A stretch of DNA of 64,000 nucleotides from Rhizophagus irregularis (GCF_026210795.1 NC_089431.1:4526001-4590000); one strand, 5' to 3'; numbered from the stretch's first letter, positions 27,929 through 38,660 are shown. Notes: generated by a model not told the origin, from the sequence alone. A program made the numbers and translations.

Positions 27929-28600
27929 ATGTCACAATACAGACCATTACTAAGACGTATATTAGGCCAGTTTGAACTCAACATAGAAGAATGGGTAAAG
28001 GAAATAATGTGGTATTTAGATATAGCATATTTAAAAGCTTTAGATTCCGAATTTAGCAAAGAAAGTATGTTAGTATCTGGATTAGAAGAGCTAGTAGAAA
28101 TATTTGATGAGATGTTAGAAGGTGATGATATATGGATACATCCATCACTTTTATCACGAATAAGATATTCTATTCTACCAGATGAGATGGCAATATATGA
28201 AAGATTTTCAGATATCATTAAGAACTTCTCAGAGGATAAAGAATTAGCATATGCATTATTAGACTTAGTAGAAATATTATCAAAAAAGAAACCTACAACA
28301 TTCAACATTATAGATTACAATATACAAAGAATATTCACGAATCCTAATGATGAATATAGAAATGAATTCAGCATCTACCATATTAAAGGAGATGAAGATA
28401 TGGACGAAGACACAGATGAAGACATAGATGAAGTAGAGCAGAATGAATTCAATGAATACTATCAGAATCTTGCACCGACCACCGAGAGTCAGCTGGATAG
28501 ACTAAAAAATGAGTTGGCTATAACTCTATGTGACGAATGTCTTATGCCAACAAGAAGTCAGGAATGCGATTGCTGGATTTTACAAATAGAGGGTTTTTAG
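27929..28600 (+). CDS. Polinton hypothetical protein, acidic, with a C-terminal Cys cluster (223 aa)
   Basis: ATG ORF behind the shared motif; D/E-rich tract; CDEC-x8-CDC. Confidence 0.75.
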   Translation: MSQYRPLLRRILGQFELNIEEWVKEIMWYLDIAYLKALDSEFSKESMLVSGLEELVEIFDEMLEGDDIWIHPSLLSRIRYSILPDEMAIYERFSDIIKNFSEDKELAYALLDLVEILSKKKPTTFNIIDYNIQRIFTNPNDEYRNEFSIYHIKGDEDMDEDTDEDIDEVEQNEFNEYYQNLAPTTESQLDRLKNELAITLCDECLMPTRSQECDCWILQIEGF

Positions 28601-28621
28601 TTCTCAGTGAAACCATTTTTT

Positions 28622-29413
28622 TTACCTCTCACAATCTGGAATAGGTGCATCACAAATAAAATCCCCAAAATCATTCGGATTAGAAAACAACTTCTGTAAG
28701 AACTTATAAACCATATCAGCATCCAATTCAGTCTTAGTGCCAAATATATTAACCTTACCAGATTTAGGCCAGATATGTACCCGAATCTTTGAAGTAAAGA
28801 TTATAGCAATTTTAGAATGAATATCACCTGCATCATTCTTAATATACTTTATCGGAAAGGGAAGAATCTCACGAATACCATCTATAGATTCTAAAGCATA
28901 TGCTAAGGTAGAAAGATTAATAAACTTATCACCCCCAATATTAATCACAAATTTATAATTGCGCAGGAGAGCCTTATTTCCACCCACAAGTTCTACAGAA
29001 GAAAATTCAGGTAGGGAACATTCAGAAAGGTAACGTAAGAAGATAGCAACAGGATCAAAAGACCCGAAAACTTGTATACTACCAGATTTAGGAAAATAAC
29101 GAATAGTATGTACAGTATCAGCTAAGATGATAACAAACTCAATGCATGCATTAAAAGTGCTACCATCCCCTGTACGTCGCCGTCTATTTAATGGATTGTC
29201 AGGTGTACTTCGTCTGCATCGCCTCTCACCTTTTGGTTTAGACAAGTACTGTTCATAACCCTCAAAAGCTTTATGAATAAAGTTGCTATTAATGGCAATA
29301 ACATCCTTAGTAGGTTCAAGCTTATGACCAAGCACGGTGTAATCAAGCCCTTCAACATTGATCTTAAATTCAGTAACAGTAAGAGATGGAGTAAGTTCAC
29401 TAAAAGTAAGCAT
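28622..29413 (-). CDS. TATA-binding-protein-fold protein, resembling the asfarvirus B263R-type TBP-like factor (263 aa)
   Basis: Two internal repeats IRYFPKSGSIQVFG and VHIWPKSGKVNIFG match the TBP IF.SGK.V.TG signature; basic insert followed by GDGSTFN; recognised by eye. Confidence 0.75.
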   Translation of the reverse strand: MLTFSELTPSLTVTEFKINVEGLDYTVLGHKLEPTKDVIAINSNFIHKAFEGYEQYLSKPKGERRCRRSTPDNPLNRRRRTGDGSTFNACIEFVIILADTVHTIRYFPKSGSIQVFGSFDPVAIFLRYLSECSLPEFSSVELVGGNKALLRNYKFVINIGGDKFINLSTLAYALESIDGIREILPFPIKYIKNDAGDIHSKIAIIFTSKIRVHIWPKSGKVNIFGTKTELDADMVYKFLQKLFSNPNDFGDFICDAPIPDCER

Positions 29414-29465
29414 GTCTGGTTTTTTCTATTGATAGAAAAGAAATGTTCAAATTATTTTATCCTAA

Positions 29466-29488
29466 GAAAAAATCTAATTAAATAAAAC
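29466..29488 (+). promoter_or_regulatory. Variant of the shared motif (GAAAAAATCTAATTAAATAAAAC) before the F-box ORF
   Basis: 20/23 identity to the TIR-end motif, 30 nt before ATG 29518. Confidence 0.65.
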
Positions 29489-29517
29489 TTCTTCATCAAT
29501 ATCTCATATGAGATACC

Positions 29518-30030
29518 ATGACAAACAATAGCTTACCTTTCGAACTTTTAGAAAAGATATTCAAAACTTCATATGAAGGTACTTACTCCCGTTGGCATTA
29601 TCTTTGCAATTATGCATTAGTGTGTCGAAAATGGGCTGTAGTAGCAAACTCTCTCCTATGGGGTGAAACAGACCTTTATAACCTCTATAATATTAAGGAG
29701 TTCCAAATGTACAAACATCTCACAAAACCAGGAACAGTATGTGGAAAATATATCAGAAAGCTTAATATGGATGGAGTAAAATTATGGCCCATTTGTATTG
29801 TAAAAATGCTACAAGCTTGTCCCAATATCCAGGAACTTAGCATAATAGATTATCAATACTATGGTGGAAAAGGTGACGTTAGAGATTTGCTAAGTGAAAT
29901 CCTGCATATATTACCAAACCTTCAAAAGCTAGATATCAGATATAGTCGATATTTTAAAAATAGAAATGCCATTGAAAAACTCATAGAAACCCGTAAAGAC
30001 CTAGAAATCAGAGTAACATGGCAAATGTAA
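29518..30030 (+). CDS. F-box / leucine-rich-repeat protein (170 aa)
   Basis: LPFELLEKIF...YALVCRKWAVVANSLLW F-box; CPNIQELSI and LPNLQKLDI LRR-like units. Confidence 0.85.
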   Translation: MTNNSLPFELLEKIFKTSYEGTYSRWHYLCNYALVCRKWAVVANSLLWGETDLYNLYNIKEFQMYKHLTKPGTVCGKYIRKLNMDGVKLWPICIVKMLQACPNIQELSIIDYQYYGGKGDVRDLLSEILHILPNLQKLDIRYSRYFKNRNAIEKLIETRKDLEIRVTWQM

Positions 30031-30047
30031 TATTTGTAAAGGCTAAT

Positions 30048-30148
30048 CACTACCGAAAAAATTTGGGCACTGCCCTGTTACTGCCCGTCACTGCCGAAAA
30101 AATTTGGGCACTGCCCTGTCACTGCCCGCCACTGCCCATCATTGCCGC
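30048..30148. repeat. GC-rich tandem repeat (about 42-bp unit x2 plus CACTGCCC subrepeats)
   Basis: CACTRCCGAAAAA(A)TTTGGGCACTGCCCTGTYACTGCCCGY repeated in the gap between convergent genes. Confidence 0.8.
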
Positions 30149-30237
30149 AGAAGTTTGGGAAACACATGGATTTTTCCTAGCAAGATGACGCTTTAACTTA
30201 GAGGGAAAGTCAAAACTTGCTCCACATAGATGACAGG

Positions 30238-33200
30238 TTAATCTTCCTCGAGAGTGTGAATTTTTTTTAAGTCGATAGTATCCATCTGCAAGGAAGTCAC
30301 GTTAGTTTTCCGTTTATGTAGAGAAATTGGAATGGTAATTTTTTTACGTGATGATAGAGGGATGGTCAGTTGCCGATTTTGGAAATCTAGAATGACATTA
30401 GCACGATCAATCCAAGGTACACCTAGCAATAAAAAGTCCTTATCACTCTTAACAACCATGAAGTCATCTTCAATTTTTTTAGAGTTCTCCCCATCATATA
30501 CAAGAATACCAAGACCATATACTGTCCCAATAGTATCAGATTTTGTTGCAACACCACTAAGATCAGGAGCATTACTTCTATCAACGTCAAGATTTAGGCG
30601 CTTTACAATATTGTTAGATATCAGAGAACTATCAGAACCAGTATCAAAAATTGTCGTAGGAATAACTAAAGATTTTTCACTCTCAGGTGCGACTACTTTG
30701 GTCTTAATAGTGACTACATCACTAGCAGACTTGCGGTTAACAATTCCAATACCCGCTATAGAAGACCATAAGTCATTATTACATATAACATCATCATTTT
30801 TACGGATTAAATTTGCAGCCATACTATTAGTTACAACCGAAATCATAGGATGAAGGATAGATGTGAAAAGGTCCTTAACATTATCCCAAACTTTTTCACG
30901 TGTTTTTATCGAGGGTTCTCCTTTAAGCTGACTGAGTACTGGTTCTTTATAATTAATGAATTCAGCATTCAGAGCATTGTAAGCAGATATAACAGTCTCT
31001 TTTGGTACAGCATTAACGAAGGATTGAACCAGAAGCTTTAAGAGTTGTATAAAAACCTCAAAGATAATACGCTGCCTTTCAAGTAGTGATTTTTTCTTAT
31101 CAGTAGGCTTTTTATCTACACGTTTCCTTTCTGTAGGCTTTTTTTTTAATCCATAGCAGGCATGTCCAGAGTCTGAATCACTATCAGAGGAGTCAGAGGA
31201 GTCAGAGGCGTCAGAAGAGTTAGAGGAATCAGAGGAGTCATGTGTAAGGTTGCTTGCCGAAACCTAGGGGTTTAGGCAAGATGGCGTTTCGCCGAAAAGC
31301 GAAATTCTGCCGAAACTATATTAAAGTTATATTAAAAAACTGGCGAAACTTTGGAGAAAGACGAAACTGCTGAAACTTATTATAAATGCCGAAACTGCCG
31401 AAACTCTGCCGAAACTATAATAAATCTATAGTAAAATTTTGATGAAACTAATCGTAGGATTTTGAAGAGGTTTAGACAAGCAACCTTAGTCATGTGCATA
31501 ATTTGTTTTCCTCTTTCCCTTCTTAGATTTTGGACAGGAACTCTTAGTATGACCAGATTTTCCACAACTTGAGCATTTCTTTGATTTCTTTGGTTTGCGT
31601 GTACCTGAACTTATACCAAATACCTGATTACCACGGTAAATATGGTCAGATGGTAAATTTTTATTAAGTTCTGTATCAATAAATATTTCAAGATCACTAA
31701 GGGTTACTTTACTTATATCGATATCTCTTGGAAGACCTAATTTATATGCTAAAGCAAGTAATCTCTGAAATGATGTATCATTTTGAGGACTTGAAAATGG
31801 ACTAGAAGATGGTACTGGTACTGCAGATGATTTAGCCGTAGTCATAGGAATTTTAGAATTTATAAGATTCTCAATATCCGCTAAAGTTGGACCCTGGTAT
31901 GTAACTATAGGAGTAGGTGGCATATCTGTCCTGTATTTCTCAACTTCTTCCAATTTATTCAGAATAGATGCAACTGAATTTTCTAAACCAATACGTCGTG
32001 CATCCAACTTATTTTCACTGGAAAGACCATTTAAGAACTGTTGCCGTACTAATTCATTCTGATTTACCTCTGGAAGAGTTGGATATGCAAGTCTAACCAT
32101 TCTTCGTAATTTAGAATAGAATCGGCTTACAGTATCACTACCCTGAACAATAGCATTAAATGCAAGCTTAGACTTTTCAGATGTTATAGTAGGGAAGTAA
32201 TGCTTAAAACGATATATTAATTGTCCAATACGTATTCCAGGAGCCACAATTGTACCTCCATTATTAGCATTAGGATTATTAACAGCTATATCAGTAGGAC
32301 GACCCTCGACTATTGACCAATCTTCATCCCATACAGTATGATCAGGTATAAAATTAGCACCAGTAATAGTATTATCTGCAGCTGCTTGTCCATGTAATAC
32401 ACCAGCCCCTCCACGAAATTGATTCGCCGCTACAGCCTGTATAGCGGCATTATTCAAAGCATTAAAAGCAGCAAGAGTGGCCACACCAGTATTATCCAGA
32501 AGATTTACACATTCCCAATTTTTTCCTTTGATATGTGTTTCATACCAATCTCTAGCATCATCTTCAAGTAAAGTTTCAAAGATCCCATGAATCCTAACAC
32601 GAGTCCTAGCATTAGCAGCAGGATCAAGTCCAGCAGACTCACACCATTGCCTGAATTCTTGAAGCCAAAGTTCTGGATCTTCACCAGATGCTCCTCTAAA
32701 TTTTTTAGGTGCATATCCTGCCATTATAGGTTGTTGTATTACCGGAGGGTTATTTTGTAATGCTAGAATCTGTTGATTCAAATTATTGACCTGATTTTGC
32801 AAATTTTGACCATGATTGCGACAGTTTAAAAATTGCCCTCTCCATGCTCGAGCTTGCTGAATGATACCATTAGCCCGCCTTCTACTTCGCTCTGTTTCAG
32901 TATTATAGCGCTGTAATAATCTATGAGCATTTCTTCTACTCTCATCACGTTCTCTCTGGACATTAGCTAGTTGGATTTGACTGTTAGCAAATTGAGCCTG
33001 GATGTTAGCCAATTGGATCTGAGTATTTTGTGCAAGGCCTTCCCAATGTTGGCGATGACGCACTTCATTTGCATATGCATCCTCATAGGTACGTCTTGTT
33101 CTTAGTATAGTAGCACGTGTATTATTAAGTTCTCGTCTAAGATATTCTTCACGGTTATGTGCATCATCTAACAAACCTTCAAGTCTATCCTCCATATTAT

Positions 33201-33699
33201 CTTGATCTTCTATAATATTTCGCAACTCATTAGCATATCGGATAATGGCATCAAGACTATCATTTGCAGTGTTAAATAAATGATTTATATGAGGGTGTGC
33301 TGCTATAGTTGTACGATCAAGGTGAATACGAATACCAGCTACACTATTTGCTATAGTTGTCCGATTATTTAAGATTTCTGTAATAGGGTCAGGAGGAATT
33401 GCTGCCATGTTTTTCCGTTGTCTATTAGCAAGTTCTTTTATTCGATCTTTGAGTTGAATATTTAGAGTATCAACTTCAATCAGCTGACGTTCTAATGCTT
33501 GAAGCCCTTCCTCCTTTAGTGATGCCGTTTCTAATGCTTTCTTAAGCTTTGCACGCAACTCAGCATTTTTTTGCCTAAGTTCTTCTATCTCAGATTCATG
33601 ACCCTCGATTACACCATACAGGTATTTTATATATTGCTCTTGTGATTGCAATGTATGTGCAAGCTTTGTAATCTGTGTCTTTAACGATGTATCTTCCAT
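30238..33699 (-). CDS. Polinton-encoded Gag-aspartyl protease polyprotein (about 1069 aa restored), interrupted by the MITE at 31245-31488
   Basis: Coiled-coil N-terminus; Ty3-type capsid motifs (PKKFRGASGEDPELWLQEF..LEDDARDWY; IVQGSDTVSRFYSKL..QFLNGL); CCHC knuckle CSSCGKSGHTKSSC; protease IFDTGSDSSLIS / LLLGVPW; the linker translates without stops after MITE removal. Confidence 0.88.
31245..31488. mobile_element. hAT-like MITE, 244 bp
   Basis: 21-bp TIRs TAAGGTTGCTTG(C/T)C(G/T)AAACCT; 8-bp TSD GTCATGTG (31237-31244, 31489-31496); internal GCCGAAACT repeats. Confidence 0.9.
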
Positions 33700-34745
33700 T
33701 GCCAGTTCCACAGATTTTTATAGACCCTACATTTAATAAACAAATCGAACAAAATTATATCCTTCAACAAATCTATTACCATCCATGTGGATATTATCGT
33801 ACTCCTGAAAAACTTTGGGCTAAAGTGCAAGCTGAAGGCCATGATTTTAATATATCTGATATTACAGAGTGGTTGCATAAACAGGCTATATGGCAAATAC
33901 ACTCACCTATACCCAAGTATGTTCCACAGGTTTCTTTTAATAAGATTACTCGACCAAATATGTATCATCAAGCAGATATCTTATATATGCCCTATGATAC
34001 TGTAGATAGAAAGCTGTATAAATACTGTCTGAATATTGTAGATGTTGCTAGCCGATATAAAGCTTCAGTACCTCTAGAAGATCGCAGCTCTGCACGTGTT
34101 GCTAAGGCATTTAAAAAGATTTATGGTAAAGCAGACTGCCCGCTTATTTGGCCAAGAGTTTTACAAGTAGATGGGGGATCAGAATTTAAGGATGAAGTTA
34201 TCCGATTAATGGATGAAAAAGGTGTGCGTATTCGGGTGGGTACTACTCATAAGAGTCAGGCTATTGTTGAACGGTATAATCGAACTTTAGCAGAGAGACT
34301 TTTCAAAATACAGGATGCAAAGGAACTCCTTACAGAAGGTGTGAATACTGCCTGGGTTAAGAACCTTTCTGATATTGTGAATGAGCTAAATAATTCTAAT
34401 ACTCGTCTACTAGGTATGTCTCCAGTTGAGGCAATCCAGAAAGATCAAGTGTATGCACTACCTTCAAAAATTCGGAAGGATAGACCTGTAGGTGCAGAAG
34501 AAATACGTTTACCAGCTGGTTCTCTTGTGAGATACTTACTTGATAACTCAGATTACCAAGGTAGGAGACGTGCAACTGATCCAATATGGTCTACTAAAGT
34601 TTATACAATTGAATCTTCCACAGTTGTTGATGGGCAGCCGGTTATATATAGGTTATCTGATGGACCTAAAAAAATATTTACTCGAGAAGAATTATTAGTT
34701 GTGCCATCTGATACTATGCTGCCTCCTACTCATATATTATATTAA
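33687..34745 (+). CDS. Polinton-type retroviral-like (rve) integrase
   Basis: HQADIL / IVDVASRY / LQVDGGSEF / AIVERYNRTL DDE core; IYYHP N-terminus and WSTKVYTI C-terminus typical of Maverick integrases. Confidence 0.92.
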   Translation: MYLPLPVPQIFIDPTFNKQIEQNYILQQIYYHPCGYYRTPEKLWAKVQAEGHDFNISDITEWLHKQAIWQIHSPIPKYVPQVSFNKITRPNMYHQADILYMPYDTVDRKLYKYCLNIVDVASRYKASVPLEDRSSARVAKAFKKIYGKADCPLIWPRVLQVDGGSEFKDEVIRLMDEKGVRIRVGTTHKSQAIVERYNRTLAERLFKIQDAKELLTEGVNTAWVKNLSDIVNELNNSNTRLLGMSPVEAIQKDQVYALPSKIRKDRPVGAEEIRLPAGSLVRYLLDNSDYQGRRRATDPIWSTKVYTIESSTVVDGQPVIYRLSDGPKKIFTREELLVVPSDTMLPPTHILY

Positions 34746-37700
34746 TTTTCAAGTTGTGGTATCCTATAATCTCCATGTGCATACATTGTGATATTATCTT
34801 GTGCAATCCATTTTTTATCATCCATAGGGGATAATCCTACCTTCGACATTTCTATAACATTTATGGCATGTCTATCAGATCGGATTGCTCTAAAGGTGAC
34901 TGTATCATTATGTTTAGGATCAAAGAGTGCCTTATTATACCGCTCATGGTGGAACTCTTTTTTAACTACCTTTGAGGGGACACCTTTAGCCTTACGGATA
35001 CCATGTTTTGGATTGGTGGTCTCATCCCCTACCTTGAGAATGGAATACATTTTGGGACGGAGGCCAATAAATTCTGCTATAACTGCTCCATTACATTCAT
35101 CCTTAAATTTCCCTGGGATTTTCATATTTATGTCAGTCTTATCACCTAATGCTTTTCGTACAGGATGATCTTTAGGATAATCACTGAAGTCAAATTGGTC
35201 TGCCATATCTATGAGGTCTGCATTAATATCCTCAGTTTGGATTTGTACAAGAAGTGAGTCTGTGTCTGTATAACATAACTGGATTTTTTCACCATATCGT
35301 ACTTTAAGAGTATCATAGTAGAATTGATACATACAGAGCTTCGAGAGGTCAAGCACACTCATACCCACATATGTTGGACGGTTAAGCATTACCTCCACTT
35401 TTCGTCGGTGGATTGCAACAAAATTTTCTGAGAATATTTTACGACCCTTGAATGCAGGATCTGAGGTAAGCTTTTTATATTTCTTGGGATGGGTTTGGGG
35501 TTGTACTACTGAGACACGTACACGTTTCCTGAGATTTTCCATAGTTTTACCAAATACACTATTATTCATGAGTTTATAGAAGTCCTTCTCAAAATCATTC
35601 TTAGCCTTAGCACGTTCGGCGGTGTTAAATTCTATATATGGTTTCATCCATGGAGCCTGCTCGAATTTTATAGCTTCATAGACCTTCTTGATTACTAAGC
35701 CCTGGCTAACATAATACTGGAGATTTCTATAATGAACTACATATTCATCCTTATCAAATAGGTTAGGGATGAGCTTATCTGTGGGTGTGTATCGTTGTCC
35801 TGAGCGTGCTATTATTTCCTGCTGCTTTTTACTAAGCCATTCCTTCTTAACCTTCATTCGTTCTGGTGCAAGGGGGTAATCTGTGTGTTGTGAATGGAGG
35901 GCTTGAGGGTACTCCAGTTTAACTTTAAGGATATATCCTTCAGAAGAATCGTCTGGTATTTCATTACTTTCTATTTGCCTTTGAATGTTAGATAACTCGT
36001 TTTCCTCCTTTATCCAGTGGAAGTTACCTGTAGGTAAGTATTGCAACATGGCCCATCCATATAGGTTATTTGCGTCTAAGTATAGAATAGATGACTTGGG
36101 CTTATCTGCGGTCCATTTACCTTCTCCCATACCTGGATTATTTGCACGAGCATATCGTTTACTTACCATAGAGATTCCACCACGTAATCCTTGTTCTACC
36201 ATCATGTACATGTCCTGGTCAGTTATAAGATCCAATCTTTGCCCTGTCATTAAGAATAGTGCATCCCATGCGAAGCCTGGTGTTGAATAATACCAGAGAG
36301 GATCTAACCCATATTTTTTCAAGGCCATTTCTCGGAAATTCTGAAATATATCGGCTAGTAGGAGGACGTCAGTTTTGAGATAAATGTCATGATAATCTTG
36401 CATTGTTTTACATCCTGCTTTTTCCCATACATACTGTGCATATTCATATTCTTTATCACTAATGTGGGTTTCATTAAGTTTGCTATAAAATGCTCCTTTA
36501 GGTGGTAAACTAGTTTTCTCAAACTTTTTCCAGTCATCCATGTATTCATACGGGTAGACACCTTTTTTAAGATAAATCTCGAGTAATTCAGGTGGTATTT
36601 GACTTCGTGTTATCTTAAAGTTTTCGGGATGTGCAAAGCATCTACCTGCATCAATTCGCCATAAGTGTTGTGGATTACTACATTCTTGTGCTCTACATTT
36701 TTCTGCACCTAGATTGGATGCTAATTTGTCGAGACTTGATTTCATGAATTGTAAGCTGTCTATAAATCGGAGGGAACCTAACTTGAATGCCATATACTTT
36801 TCCATGTTATAAGGGATAGGATCAATATCATCCTCACATTCCATTGCACCAATTCCTTGCATAATTATGTGTCCATCATATCCTGATAAATTGTGAAAGA
36901 TTACTGGGATATGCATTTCACGAGGTTTTATGGATAAGTCAAGATTACATCCTCTATGTGCTGCACCTCGATACCTTCCTGTAATATGGCAGTGGTCTCT
37001 TACTTTATTTCCATTTAAGGGGTTACGACATATCCAGCAGTTTATTGCATTATCATAACTTGCTTGCTCTTGGGTTGTTAACGGCATCATTTCCATTGGG
37101 TTTCTGAATTCATTACGGATTGCTTCAGCCTCATTTAGCATTTCGATTACAAATTTTTGTGCTGCATTTTCTCCTGTAAATATCTTCTGTGATTCACTTA
37201 CACCATCATATCTTACCTTAATATACGAGTATGAGCAGGGGATTTGCTCTTGTACTTTCTTGGTTTTCTTATCTTTGTCTTCATCTGTGGGTGGTATGTC
37301 CATTACTAGGGCTTCAAAGTCTGCAACAAAGTAATATGGGACTTGCATGCGGCGTTTCCAGTTCTTGAATTCATATATATCATTTCCTTTCTTTACTGAT
37401 GGCATTCGGTCTGCTTGTGGGGTTTTCTTTAATCCTCGACATATTGCTACATGTTTGTCATGGATTTCTTGTTGATGTGTGAAGTGGGAGATACACCATC
37501 GGCAGACAAATGTTGCATGTCCATCTTTTGTACGTTTATTTACTAAACGGCTCATATTCTTAATCCAGCAATAGTGCTGCTTTTCCCCGTTACTGATAAG
37601 TACTAAATCTATTATTTTACGGCCCTCTGCATCATCCCTATCGGTAACATATATTGGGCATAGGCGGTGGTCACGCCATTCACAAATGCAGAGGGCAATA

Positions 37701-38638
37701 GTTGGGTTCTGTCGCTCAAATCTTCTTAGAATTACCTCATCAGCTTGTACTGGAAATTCGATACCTTCAAAGTTTAACTCATTTACATACTCCTTATACT
37801 TGGAAATTCTTTCTGCGTTCTTTTCTACTGGATGTAATGCTGCTAGGATTGCCCACTGGAAGCATTTGTCATCATCATTAGCTGGATTTACTACTCCCTT
37901 TTTCGTGGCAAGATCTTTTGGGAGTGGTATATGTCCTGCTCCTGTGGGTGGTTGAAATTGCGAGATTTCTATAAATATTTTTTCTACACGATAAAATTCC
38001 CAACCTGATCCGTAATTTACATAGTCTTCTACTTTCTGCATGATTCTTGCTAATGCAAAGTTAAATGTACCATTAATATCTGTTGATGGTAGGATTGGCA
38101 TATTGCGAGTTTTAAATGGTATGTTATATCTGTAGATATACTCTACTCCATCATCTTCACTAAAGTTACCATCTCCGAATAATCCCTCAAGGTAAGAATC
38201 TAAACGTCTTATTGTGGCAAATATTCCAATTCTTACTTTTATTGATCCCAATCGATTTCTTTCATCCTGAAGAATATTCTGGATTGTTTGACTGTGTGCT
38301 GTAAGAAATGAAGCATAGTCATGCTCTCCAGGTGTTCCTATAGCAATATCAGCCGTAAAGTTTGAGTCTGTTAACTCCTTTCCTATACGTACCTGATCAC
38401 GATGTTCAAAGACTACCTCATAATGTGGGTCTGGATCAATTTGCATCATGCGGGTTATCTCTTCATTGGTTACCGCCGCTTGTGCTTCACAGATTTGGCG
38501 GATCTCATCCTCATATTCCTGCAATTTTGCATTTGAGCGGGGATATGGGATGGACTTGACAGGTACCTGCTTGAGTTCAGCTAGAACTGATCGGGTGACT
38601 TGTCTGTGTTGGGCACTTCTTGCTTGATGTGTTGACAT
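34742..38638 (-). CDS. Protein-primed family B DNA polymerase (1298 aa)
   Basis: Exo I ADFEA, Exo II FHNLSGYD, Exo III YLKTDV; Pol motifs YLDANNLYG, KLMNNSVFGK, YTDTDS, RPKMY; endonuclease VII-like insert CWIC..VRDHCHITG..H.GCN. Confidence 0.97.
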   Translation of the reverse strand: MSTHQARSAQHRQVTRSVLAELKQVPVKSIPYPRSNAKLQEYEDEIRQICEAQAAVTNEEITRMMQIDPDPHYEVVFEHRDQVRIGKELTDSNFTADIAIGTPGEHDYASFLTAHSQTIQNILQDERNRLGSIKVRIGIFATIRRLDSYLEGLFGDGNFSEDDGVEYIYRYNIPFKTRNMPILPSTDINGTFNFALARIMQKVEDYVNYGSGWEFYRVEKIFIEISQFQPPTGAGHIPLPKDLATKKGVVNPANDDDKCFQWAILAALHPVEKNAERISKYKEYVNELNFEGIEFPVQADEVILRRFERQNPTIALCICEWRDHRLCPIYVTDRDDAEGRKIIDLVLISNGEKQHYCWIKNMSRLVNKRTKDGHATFVCRWCISHFTHQQEIHDKHVAICRGLKKTPQADRMPSVKKGNDIYEFKNWKRRMQVPYYFVADFEALVMDIPPTDEDKDKKTKKVQEQIPCSYSYIKVRYDGVSESQKIFTGENAAQKFVIEMLNEAEAIRNEFRNPMEMMPLTTQEQASYDNAINCWICRNPLNGNKVRDHCHITGRYRGAAHRGCNLDLSIKPREMHIPVIFHNLSGYDGHIIMQGIGAMECEDDIDPIPYNMEKYMAFKLGSLRFIDSLQFMKSSLDKLASNLGAEKCRAQECSNPQHLWRIDAGRCFAHPENFKITRSQIPPELLEIYLKKGVYPYEYMDDWKKFEKTSLPPKGAFYSKLNETHISDKEYEYAQYVWEKAGCKTMQDYHDIYLKTDVLLLADIFQNFREMALKKYGLDPLWYYSTPGFAWDALFLMTGQRLDLITDQDMYMMVEQGLRGGISMVSKRYARANNPGMGEGKWTADKPKSSILYLDANNLYGWAMLQYLPTGNFHWIKEENELSNIQRQIESNEIPDDSSEGYILKVKLEYPQALHSQHTDYPLAPERMKVKKEWLSKKQQEIIARSGQRYTPTDKLIPNLFDKDEYVVHYRNLQYYVSQGLVIKKVYEAIKFEQAPWMKPYIEFNTAERAKAKNDFEKDFYKLMNNSVFGKTMENLRKRVRVSVVQPQTHPKKYKKLTSDPAFKGRKIFSENFVAIHRRKVEVMLNRPTYVGMSVLDLSKLCMYQFYYDTLKVRYGEKIQLCYTDTDSLLVQIQTEDINADLIDMADQFDFSDYPKDHPVRKALGDKTDINMKIPGKFKDECNGAVIAEFIGLRPKMYSILKVGDETTNPKHGIRKAKGVPSKVVKKEFHHERYNKALFDPKHNDTVTFRAIRSDRHAINVIEMSKVGLSPMDDKKWIAQDNITMYAHGDYRIPQLEN

Positions 38639-38660
38639 CTTGTAAACTTTTTATACTCCT

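Noticed and set aside
28505..28545. LxCxE Rb-binding motif in the Polinton acidic ORF
   Set aside because: The sequence is ITLCDEC; the spacing does not fit LxCxE
30238..33711. gag-pro as an independently nested LTR retrotransposon
   Set aside because: No LTRs, PBS, PPT, RT or TSD seen around it, and its start interlocks with the Polinton integrase; only comparison with other copies can exclude this fully
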